Source: Somniosus microcephalus (taxonomy: Eukaryota). From it: a stretch of DNA of 64,000 nt. Where the stretch lies: the NCBI GenBank assembly GCA_052327205.1, contig CM126220.1:10788001-10852000 (forward strand). Direction: 5' to 3'. Below the pieces are notes generated by a model. It was not told the DNA's origin. It did no database searches and was given only the letters and a program-made list of their open reading frames with translations. Positions within the stretch are counted from its first letter, which is position 1. Each line of letters opens with the position of its first letter. This document shows positions 12,639 to 23,840 of this stretch, piece by piece. The position numbers and the translations under genes were made by a program.

Positions 12639-13486
12639 TACAGTATTAAAAAATTGCACTTATGCCAACACACACATGCTTTGCAGAAGTGATCTGAATA
12701 TGCTTTTTGTCCAATGATACTAATCCATCACCTCAATGCTCACACCTCCACCAGTGACAGACCTATCGCCACCAATACTTCATGCTAATGCTGTACATCC
12801 CACCATACCCACTCTAAACACCAGCCAAGCTTCAAAGGACAACATTCAGAATTGTACTGCTACATCTGCAGCTCAAGTGAACATCGTATTAAAGAGACAC
12901 TCATTTATCATCATGCTTTACTGGTCACAACACTAAGTTACTTTGTTTCTAAAGGCCTTTTTACCTTAGAGCTCAGGGTAGTTTAGGCCTTTGCAGGGCA
13001 ATGCCAAAATCAACTCCCTGCATTTGTGTTAATATTTCAGTCTGCCACGGGTGGTCTCTATGCTGGTTGGAGACTGTTTGAGAGGATAGAGACCAGTTCT
13101 TCTGCACATACAGCTGCTCAACACGTTTAGTGGACAGCTGCTTTGATGAAAATGTGGGTGGTGTGCTGCCCTTAGCCGTTTGGAGGTTGGCTCATTCATT
13201 TTAGCAAGCGCCATTGATGGCACAGAAACTGTGCAGCTGCAGTCAATGTCACTGACATAAGGTAAAGCCACCGTAACTGGTACCGCTGTCTAATAAGCTG
13301 GCTACAACAAACCTCACCAAACTTGGACAAGAGAGTTCAGATTATTCTGAGTTCAGACCCTTAGTGTGGGAGATTAGTGCACAACTACTAGAGGTTATGT
13401 TATTTTAGTTGGATTATAATATTTGTGTAGAAATACAGTCAGAATAGAAAGATACTGTGCACAGAGAAGTTTACTCTGTAACATGC

Positions 13487-13862
13487 TGTTTTTCAAAATT
13501 CTCATCCTTGTTTTGAAATCCCTCCATGGCCTCACCCCTCCCTATCTCTGTAATTTCCTCCAGCCCCACAACCCCAGAGATATCTGCGCTCCTCTAATTC
13601 TGCCCTCTTGAGCATCCCTGATTATAATCGCTCAACCATTGGTGGCCGTACCTTTAGCTGCCAAGGCCCTAAGCTCTGAAATTCCCTGCCTAAACCTCTC
13701 CACCTCTCTTTCCTCCTTTAAGACACTCCTTAAAAATTATCTCTTTGACCAAGCTTTTGTTCATCTCTCCTAATTTCTCCTTATGTGGCTTGGTGTCAAC
13801 ATTTTTGTCTTATACTCATGTGAAGCGCCTTGGGACGTTTTACTATGTTAAAGATGTTGTTG
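13487..13862 (+). mobile_element. L2-clade LINE 3' fragment
   Basis: Peptide FKILILVLKSLHGLTPPYLCNFLQPHNP and tail tgtgaagcgccttgggacgttttactatgttaaa...ttgttg. Confidence 0.85.
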
Positions 13863-16800
13863 TGTTCTGTCAGACCTGGAAATGCTTAATCGTCAATACA
13901 AGATGAAAAGCAAATGGACCCATGCTACATTAGTGATTCCCCGCCCCTTGATAAATACAGAAAACATTTGTAGATGGGCTATTTATTTAGTCCACAAACA
14001 TTTATTTCAAGTTTGTATGTCATGGGATGGCACAGCGGAGCTCTGTATTGGTTTGCAGGACCACTGGATGGACAGACATGGCTTTCTGGTGTCAGCTTGG
14101 CTTCCAGAACATTACGTCAGAGAGAGATGAAAGGTACGTGGTGCAATTGGGGCCTAGTAAAGGGGGAATTTGGATGCAAAGGAATGCATGCCTTTATAGG
14201 ATAGTTGTATTCCCCCCAAAAATATGTAGGATCATACATCCTGTTGGCAGAGGACAGAAAAACTGACTTTATAAGGTACTTCACAGCGGTAGGGCTAAAG
14301 CCCCTTATGATAAGTTCATGATCTTAGCTGTAATATCATTGAGTACCACCAAGCAAAGGAGTATGCATTGCCTCAGATGGTGAGTGAGTTATCCCAACCA
14401 TTCTTCCACAGTGCTGTGTGGTTGGCTTCAGAAAGCACTGGTCGAGGCCTGTGAGTAGATTGCTTGCCAGCCTGCCCCGTTCATCAGGGGCCAAATGTTG
14501 TGCAATGGTGCCCTAGGAAGAGGAAGAAAAAATGCTTTAAAAAAAAAAAAAATGAATGTTTCACCTCAGTAAAAACTGACATTGGGTTTTGCATTCTGAT
14601 CCTTTTACGACGTGTTTTTTCAGCGATTCACAGAACATTGGCAAAAAATAAAAACCAGTGTGTCGCCGTATATATGTTTAAAGTTTCACTCCATCAGTTA
14701 AAGTGTTAGGCACACACTATTCTTGAGGTAACTTGAAATACTGGTGGAAAGAAAACCGCTTGAAATAAAATGGTGGTTTCAACCCAGTATATGTTTTAGG
14801 TTGCAATTATACTTCCTTTTGGTACCTTAAGGCAAAAATAATGTTGCATGCAAATCATAGCAGTCAGTAACTTTTGAGTTATGAATTGAATAATCTTCAA
14901 ATACTCTGCCTAAAGCTGTAAAAAGACCGCTGGGGAGAGTGATTGTCACTGGGAAATGGCAAATTGTGGAACAGGAACTGTGTTTCTGCACCGTAAGGAA
15001 AAATGTAGCCTTTTGTTTGCATGGCCATCCATTTGTTGTGCTCTTAAATAGGGCAGCATTGAGATGTATTATTTTATATAATTGGAGATATAAAAGGAAC
15101 CCAGCCATGCATCTTATCAGTTGCACTTCTTATCGTAACATTTTGTGATAAACCAGAAGATAAGTTAACTGCTGTGTGCACAGGAAGGTTTAGTATTCGT
15201 TACATCAGGCTGGGTTGTGGGGGCAGGGGGAATGAGTTTGTGGGAGGTTTGAAACAGGAAGTTCTGAATTACCAGCCCCAGTTTTGTTATCTAGGTAGTA
15301 TCTGTGGTCGATTCCCTCTACAGCTTGTGGCTTGCTTCTGGTTTTACAGAAATACGAACTCAGTGAAGCTGTGCTTCTGTTCCCACATACTTTGTCAGTT
15401 AGATTCTGATATCTGCGGTTAAGCGAGTACTATAGGTGTCTCGGTGTGGTTACAGCTACAGGAAGAGGGAGACATTTGGCCTGCAGAGGCAGGAATAACT
15501 CGGTTATCAGATGGTTACCAAAAGCGCTGATAAAAACGTGTGCTTTCCGAATTGGTTTCAGAATGAAACTCATAGCTGTTACAGCTTGTAAAAATTGGGG
15601 TTTTTTTAACTAAAATTTCCAAATGCCACTGAATATATCCAATTGTGTCACACCCATATACACTGCATACTCTCGGATTAGCATTTATTTCCTAATATGC
15701 TGCAAGTTTGTTGTTTGTGAATGCTTGTCCTACACTAGTTTTGTGGTGAGAGATTTTCTCATTTTGTTACAAGTGCACAGTGGTGTGAAGCCTGCTGTAG
15801 GTTCCGGTGCACAAGGGTGATGAGTGCAGTGCAGTGATGCAAAAGGAGAGTGTGTGTGTTGTCAGTACAATATGACCTCTTTGGTGTGCGATGTTACCTT
15901 ATGCCAGGCTGTTAAGCTGTATGTTCACCATTTCAATGAAAGGAAGGCTGGAAACATCGTGTGTTACAGTGACACTGTCTGCATGGCACATGAATTATAT
16001 TTTAACAACCTATGTTTATTGCTACTAAGTTTGCAGCTGCGATTGTACTCTGTTAACTGTCATTTGGTACGAGGATTCTGCCCGTCTTTTGCTGTTTTAG
16101 CTCAGATTAACAAAAAAGATGATTGATTGGCACAAGTTGATTTTTTAAGGAAAAATAACAATGTGCCAGGCATTATTAAAGAGCTGGGGGTTGTTGAAAT
16201 GTCCACTCTTCCCACTCCCTTGACCATCGGGAAAAGAGAAACTCACATCTTTCAGAGCCTCTGAGAAAATGGATGGCCTAGACACTGAGACCATCACAGG
16301 AAACATGCTAAACAAGGAAAGATTTTAAAATAATTTCACTCTATTCTAGTGGCCTAATCGCTTTCTGTAGGTGGATCCACCAATATTAAGTCATGTATGC
16401 ACAGCACAAAAACCAGTTAAGTATTCTACTGTGTATATGTGGGCATGACTGTTCTCAAAGGGACAAGCAAGCAGCCTGATGTAAAATTCAAATCTTTTAA
16501 ATTTATAGATCCAATGCTGATTAATGTTGTATTGCTTCTAAATTTTAGAGACTATAATTGGGATTCCCTTATGAGAATTAAACCTACCCATTTATCAAGT
16601 CATTACCATTAAGCAAACCCAATGGTACTGATTTTATTTGAAATCGGCTGGTGAACAGGAAAATGTACCTTTTTTATTAGGGGAAAAAAAGTCCCTATTA
16701 AGTGGTGTCAGCTGTATAGGTATCCTGTCATCTTGCTAAAGCACATGCATGTAATGTAACAAGGTACATCATTGGCGGTGTCCATGATTAGAATTACCAG

Positions 16801-19800
16801 TTTTGTCAAAGTAAGAAATGTTTCTTTGCCTAGCCTGATATTGATTAAATGTTTACTTAAAGATGGTTGTATCAAACATATGGAACAAATTCTGAAATTT
16901 TAAGTGAAAGTATACCTTCAGAAAAAATCTCTGTGCTTCAGAGTAATTCGTAGATGCCTTGTACACTAAAATGTTTTACTATGCCATTACACTTGCTTAA
17001 GATCTACCAGCACAGACACGATGGGCCGAATAGCCTCCTGTGTTGTAAATTTCTATGATTAAAGTAGCTGGCTGTGACCTACGTATCATTTTAATGCCCA
17101 CCAAGTGCTGTATATTCCAAAATGCTGCCCATGAGTCACCATTATTTCTGAAGGGATTATGAAAATGTAACCAGCCTAAATCAGAAATCTACTTTTTGTG
17201 GATAAGGTGTCTTTGGACCCTAAAATGTCAACCAATGAAAATGAGTGCTGAACCCTCAATGCTGTGGGGTCCATAAACATCTGGTGTGTAAATTCGAGAG
17301 TGAACAAGCACATTTATTTTTGGGAGAGGACTTCAATCTAGTGCGAATGAGTGAAGCTCTTCAAATTTAATGCCTGGATGACTGAGAATTCTTCCAAATG
17401 GCAAATGGGAACTCGGAAAGATCCCAAAGTTTAATGCTTAATCCTCTTCTCTTTACAAAAAGCAGCTTTTTTTTTAATGACTCTTGGTGAATTTTCATGC
17501 TCTTCAAGGTGAGGGATGTTTGTGTGAGGAATTGAACTACATTCGATTTCAGGCACTTGGGGTCAGTGCCAACAACATCCACGTCCGATATAACAGAATT
17601 AGATGCAGAGTAAAGTTCCCTAAACGAGCACTCCTACTGCACCATTTTTCCATTTCCCACACTAGCCATGAGATTGCTAATTTAGTGCCGAATTTGGGGA
17701 AATTTCGTGCTTCGGGTCCAAAGCACATTTGCAAAATGAACTGGATTAAGACTGTCCAAACTTATTTCATATGGAACCCCTGCAGCCAATAAACAGAGGA
17801 GACCTGCATCCCAAGGATGAAAGGATAGTGCGCCACCCAGTCTTGGACTTACAAACTGGTTTTCAATTGTCTCCGTATCACAAAAAACTTAATTACTGAA
17901 GAGAGCGAATAATCCTGTGATTGACTTGTCCGTGCTATTGGCACAGGAAATAACATTCTGTCTTTTAAAATTTCTATTGGCAGTAATCATATTGACCGAA
18001 TCAAATAATGTTTACCAAATCCCAAATTGTGTCTGACATAGGCCCTTACTCAAAAAAAAAGTGCCTTGCAATCTGTGTGAATTTTATTTGCAAAGCGTCA
18101 CCTTTAATCCAACGAGTAAATGTTTTGTGAATGTGGGCCCCAGTCAGTACTGGTTCAGCCATTATAGTTGCATGTCTAGTTTTAAGAAAATGTGATTTGT
18201 TCCAGCAGTTGCACCCTGTTGTATTCTAACACTGGTATATGTTTTTTGCTGGACTTTCTGGACTTTTGTTCATTTTAGGTGTTTTTGTCAGCTTGGTGAC
18301 TCTGACCTGTTCTCAGCAAACGGTACACTTGAATTATCTCTCCCCATGCAGTCGTCCCCAGTGGTTTGCAGGTGTTCACATTGCACTGCCCTCACACACT
18401 GAGACACGCAGCACAAATTAGTAACAGAAACCAATAGCCCAGCGTGGCACCATCAAAGGATTGACATTTTCAGCCTTTCCAAAGGGGTTCCTTTGTCAAA
18501 ACCACACCGTGAACCCTGTCCAGCTGAAAGGCTATTTGTCTGCCCCTGTGTGCGGCATGACTGTAGTAGCGAAGCTTGCTGCTCGCCTCACGCTGAGACC
18601 CTGGCTGTTGCTGCTAGCAACAGATAAAAATCACTGTTAACTGCAGCAGGACCCACAGCACATCAATCATGGCCCTGGATGAAGGCTTCAGGGTTCTGGC
18701 CCATTCTCTGGACTTTACTAGATGTTTTCCACTGACTGAACACGCTATGGTTGGGTTATTCAGTCAAGAAAACTTTATTTCCATAAATAAAGGCATTGAC
18801 TGATTTGTTTTTTTAATCCGCAGTATTTAAAAGAAGTTAATTCTTGTCGGGGCATTTGTCCAACAGGAGACAGGGTTTTGTAAAAAGGTGGGCTATGTCA
18901 CGCTGTAAACTAGGGTAGTTGAGTTGAACCATGTCTTATTCTGTACAAAGGACTTTTAAAAAGTAAGCCAAAAATGTGTGCTCATTTAAAGATATTCATG
19001 AAGCTTGCTTTTGTGAATTAGTTGCTCAATATAATTTTTTAATATATGATCAAAATTGTTATAATTAAGATCTTTAGCAGAGTGAAAGGTTGAAGAATTT
19101 TTTGGTGAACTCTTTGAAGAGAGTCAATGGAAATGTGTTTAATACTTCAAAATAAAAAGCTCCAGTCACTTTCACTGGGAACAGTCCAATAAATAATATG
19201 AGAAGCTCTATGAAGGACTATAAAACAGCGAAAAAAGAAATGAGTATAAAAAAGTTGTAAAATAGAATTAGAAGATTTCAAAGTTACAGTGGATCAAATA
19301 GCTGAAAGAACAGTATAAAACAATAGATCTAGATTATGAAAGCAGCTGACAAAGGTTTTAAAAATCTATCATTAACCAATAATCTGTGGCGGAGCAGTGC
19401 ACGGCCATTTGACAAATGAAGGATTTGTCAGGGAGGCTCGTGCCGATTTGCATCTTGATTCTGCCTATGCGTAGGATCTCGCCTCTGAACACCACTGCCT
19501 CCCTCAAACAGCATTGTTGAATGTGAAGTACTTATGATTGTAGGTTTTTTTGTAGCAGTGCTTTGTTAAAACATTAAAATTTATATTTTCCATAATAGTG
19601 TTGGACAGCATAATGATACACTAGCACAAAGTTCAAATGTATGTGCTTGAACGTAAGCTCTGAATAAATTGAAAATTCTGAGCTTGTGTTATTTCTAGAT
19701 AGTGTTAAAATACTTCTTAAATTCTCCACGGGTAAATTGTTCAGAAAAGAGCGCAGTTGCACTGTCCCATCTGGTCACTCTAGTCATGGCAGAATTACTC

Positions 19801-21068
19801 CTTGATAGTCTCAAAAATCGTGTACATCTCTGGATCCTGGGCATAAATACACTGTAGCTCAGACTAGAAAAAAACTATCTCGTTGATTTCATTTTAATAG
19901 AAGTTAGAAAAGAATAAAAGCAGCAACAGATTGGTTCTAAAACCCTAAAGATTAATCTACAGACTAATTTAAAACATTCAAGTTGTCTGCATTCATGGGC
20001 CACATAGATGTGTACAATGGGGCCTCGAGGACCATTTATAAAGTTTAAATCCCTATTCCTTTTTATTTGTATACATCTCATGTTGCTAATGCTAACGCAT
20101 CCTGATGTATTATCAATGAGACAACAGCTTTAAGTACAGCCCATTCCAAACCACCTGGCCAGCAAAATTCAAACCCAACAAGTGAGTGCAAAATATAACT
20201 GCAAAAAGAAAGAAAGAAAGAAAGAACACTTGTATTTATAGTGTCTTTCACATCCTCAGGATGTCCCAAAGCACTTGACAACAGATGAGTTATTTTTGAA
20301 GTGTAATCACTGTTATATAGGCAGACTGAGGTTCCTGGGCTTAGAGAGGTAGATTGCGATGGCTTGGGGTCTGCAATTTGAACCCCCCACTGTACTCTGA
20401 CATCTGCATGGTCCTGCACTAGAATGTAGGTAGAGATCTGTGTCTCCAAGTACTGTATTCTATTCCAGAGTACAACCTATCCAGTTGTACATTACAGCCA
20501 TTAATTAATGTTTTGGGTTGCCCTATTCCAAGTCCATTGTAAGTAAACTTGTTTTGCTATGAATGGCTACAAATGTTAAGCATAAGGTAGTCATCTCTAA
20601 CCTGCATTTTGCATATTCCTTGAAATATCAACAATTAGACTTTACCTCTTTGCAAATGCTAGTTAGACTTTCCAATGGACTGAATAAGGTAACAATCAAG
20701 TTTGGCAGCCAAGTTTGTTGACCCATTAGAATTGTGCCATTGAGCGAGCATGGGTTTGTACTTGAGTTCCCAATCTCAGCCACACCAGTGTGAGGCAGTT
20801 CTGCAAAGCAAAGGAGAATCAAAGCAATCATCATGTATATATTTAAAGAGCGGGACTGCCCCACACTGCAGGTCAGTCTGTGACTTCTTCCACTGCTGTC
20901 CCCACATGTTTATGTATATGAGTATGGAATGTTCAAGTTCTGTGATCCTGCTCGTAGCCCCAAAGAACTGTCAAATTCGCAATCAGAACTGATTAGAGCA
21001 AAAGGACTTATTTGTGTGCGAAGCTGGTGGTGATATTTTACCCCAGGAAGGCACAAATAATAGATACA

Positions 21069-21744
21069 GGCCTAGAAATTCACTATGGCCCCGCCAGCTG
21101 GCTAGCGCCCAAAAGTTAGCGCTGGGCGGGAAGCCTATAGCGATCGTCAGATATTCATTGTTAGCGCCCCAATTCGGAACCGGGCGCTATACCAGGGTGT
21201 GCCCGCCTCCGCTTGGGGCGCTGACACTGAATATCCGCGCTCTAGGCGCCGCTGCGCCAGCCGCTGCGGAGCGGCAGGCTGCGGTACTGCAGGCCTCCTC
21301 CTCTTAAGGGGGAGCTGCCTGCAACGGGGAGATCGCCGCTGGATAGTGCCGGCAAATGAGCCCGGCACCACGGAGAAGTGCCGGGCTCGCGGAAAGCAGC
21401 CGGCAATGCCGCGGGGGGGGGGGGGTGGAGGAGGCCGGGGAAGGAGGCCGAAAAAGCGGCCGGCCTCACCTTCCGCTTTAAAGCGCCCCACTAAGGCAGC
21501 AGGACGGCCCCGTTTTCTGGTCGCTGTTTGCGGCCGCAACTAAATATGGGGATCGGGCCGGTTTCGGGGCGGAACCGGGGCACTGCGCACACCGATGACG
21601 TCATCGGTGCCGGCGCAGCGCTAACGGCTACCGCCGCCAATACCGCTGCGCTGAATATCTGCGCAAACTCATTTCTGGCGCAAAATCACTCTTTAGGCGT
21701 TAACTGGGCGCAAAGCTGGCAGCGCCTTAATGAATTTCTAGGCC
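21069..21744. mobile_element. GC/CpG-rich PIF/Harbinger-like MITE
   Basis: Perfect 14-bp TIR GGCCTAGAAATTCA (21069-21082) / TGAATTTCTAGGCC (21731-21744); 3-bp TSD ACA on both sides. Confidence 0.85.
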
Positions 21745-21991
21745 ACAGTACATTAATCCAAATCTAGATCTTGAATCATTTTTCAACCTCCAGAGGTTTT
21801 ATTAGAGTCCAAGGTATGCTAAGAGGCCGAATGTCAGAATTGCTTTCCATTTACAAGCATGCTTCCATGTTGCATTTACTTTATAGTGCCCAAAAATATT
21901 TATTCATTGTCGGTCTGAGTATTGCTTTGTATTTAAGGAACTTGTTAATAGATGCTGCTACAGTATTATTGAAATGTAAACCTTCAGACAT

Positions 21992-22883
21992 GGGGGAAAA
22001 TTCGGTTGCTTTGCGCCTCCCGTTAGCGCCCTAAGAGAGCGCTAATGGGGCGCAAAGCAACTAGCGCCCGGGTGCGGCGATGTTTGCGGCGCTTGCGAAA
22101 TTGACCAGACATTTTGCGGTGGTGCTAAACACTACCGCCACGATCTCCTGTGCCGGCAGATCGTGATGCTAGTCGAGCGTGCAAAGCCCCGGTAGCACCC
22201 CGGACCGGATATTGAGTGGCGCCCCCTGCCTTTCCGCCTGCCGCTATCAATGACAGGTTGAGGGGAACGTTTTGCAGTTGGGAAGGGACTGGGGGAGCGC
22301 TATTTAAAGGCGACCGCTTCCTGCCTTTTTTTGTCGGCGACATTTTTGCACCACGCATTCTGAGAGAGAGAGAGACTGACTTCTGGAGAGATTCAATGCT
22401 GTGTGAAGGAGTTTTGGGTACTGAGCAGCACTTTGCAGGTTCATTTTGATTTGACCTTCCTTGCATCGATTTAGAAGAGACTATGGGGTCTGCACTCTGA
22501 GCTCTTTCCCTGGGCCTCTCCATTGTTCTTTCCAGCAGATTTGATGTACAGGTCTCTCCAGGCCGAGATTCAAGGCTGCAATGAGCAGGGTTTGGATGGA
22601 GAGCAAGATCGACCCTCCCCTTTAAGAACTGGCTGGCACCAGTGTGTCTGTGTTCCATTGCTGACTGACATCACATGAGCTTTGCCAGCGCTCTGAGGTA
22701 GCGCCTCGCTCCTCGGCGATAGCGCCTTAAGAGAGGTGTGTAGTACCTGATTTAGCGCTCCAATCACCTCCAGGGGCGATAGAAGCCAAGTTTGCAGTCA
22801 GAGGCAATAATTAGCGCCAGGTGCTAAACTTTGCACCTGGCCGATAATTGCGCCCCAAATGGGGCAATACCGAATTTCTCCCC
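21992..22883. mobile_element. GC-rich PIF/Harbinger-like MITE
   Basis: 15-bp TIR gggggaaaattcggt / accgaatttctcccc; 3-bp TSD CAT (21989-21991, 22884-22886). First ~80 bp match the reverse complement of 42135-42214. Confidence 0.8.
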
Positions 22884-22969
22884 CATAGTCTTGTAGACTC
22901 TTTCTTGGTCTAGTGGACCTCACTAATATTTACTCCTGCAGTGGGTTTTATAAAATTAAACATCCAGTA

Positions 22970-23370
22970 GCTTGGCTTTGGTTCTGTACAGTGAATAACT
23001 AAACCATACACCCAGAGGTCCCAGATTTGATTCCTGATTGGAGCTGAACTAGTTGATCTCAGTCAGGGCAGGGGCTGGGGTGCATCAATATTTTCTGCAT
23101 CCCTGGTCTGGGAAGGGGAAATCTTTCAGGGTTCCTGCTTCTGATTGTTCTTGGCAAACCCAGCTGGAAAGTGTGTGTGTGTTTTTGTGTGTACATCAGG
23201 TGCGAATAGGATGCAGCTTTATTTACTCCGATGCCCCACAGTCGAGTACCCTGCCAATACTTACTGCCTAAACTCTCAAATACTGACCACGAGGGCAGAG
23301 GTACTGAAGGACGACGGGCACCTGTGAAACAATACTCTCGAGATGATGAGAGAAAATTGGATGAAGGATT
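22970..23370 (+). mobile_element. LF-SINE-like relic
   Basis: aggtcccagatttgattcctg...gctgaactagttgatctcagtcagggcag...gctggaaagtgtgtgtg...gatgccccacagtcgagtaccctgccaatacttactg. Confidence 0.6.
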
Positions 23371-23384
23371 AAGGTCACACTGTA

Positions 23385-23612
23385 GAAAAAGAAAGACTTG
23401 CATTGATATAGTGCCTTTCATGACCTCAGGATTTCCCAAAGTGCTTCAATGACGTGTAGTCAGTGTTGTATTGTAGGGAAATGTGGTTAACCAATTTGCA
23501 CGCAGCAAGGTCCCACAAACAGCAATAAGATAAATGACCAGATAATTTGCTTTGGTTGTATTGGTTGAGGGCTTATGTTGGCCAAAACACCAGAAGAACT
23601 CTCCTGCTCTTC
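23385..23612 (-). mobile_element. Deu-domain SINE, 3' half
   Basis: Reverse complement of the 3' half of 52830-53275 (gacttgcatt...ccaatttgcacgcagcaaggtcccacaaacagc...ttggccaaaacacc). Confidence 0.75.
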
Positions 23613-23840
23613 TTTAGAGACCTGTTTGTGGGTCAGCACTGGGTAAAATGAATGACGACGTTTGCATATGGTCAGCGCTTTTAAAGCTGTTACAGATACA
23701 CATGGATAAGAAAGATCACATAGAAACATAGAAACATAGAGATAGGAACAGGAGTAGGCCATTCGGCCCTTCGAGCCTGCTCCGCCATTCAATGAGATCA
23801 TGGCTGATCTTCGTCTGAGATCATAGCTGATCTTACCAGT

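Noticed and set aside
17367-17792. Cluster of 60-100-aa ORFs on both strands
   Set aside because: No recognisable domain and no convincing paired splice sites.
21014-22767. Many overlapping ORFs and a CpG-island-like promoter
   Set aside because: They lie within TIR/TSD-bounded MITEs; GC-rich DNA lacks stop codons and the peptides are low-complexity. The same applies to 41523-42132, 7546-8379 and 44990-45293.
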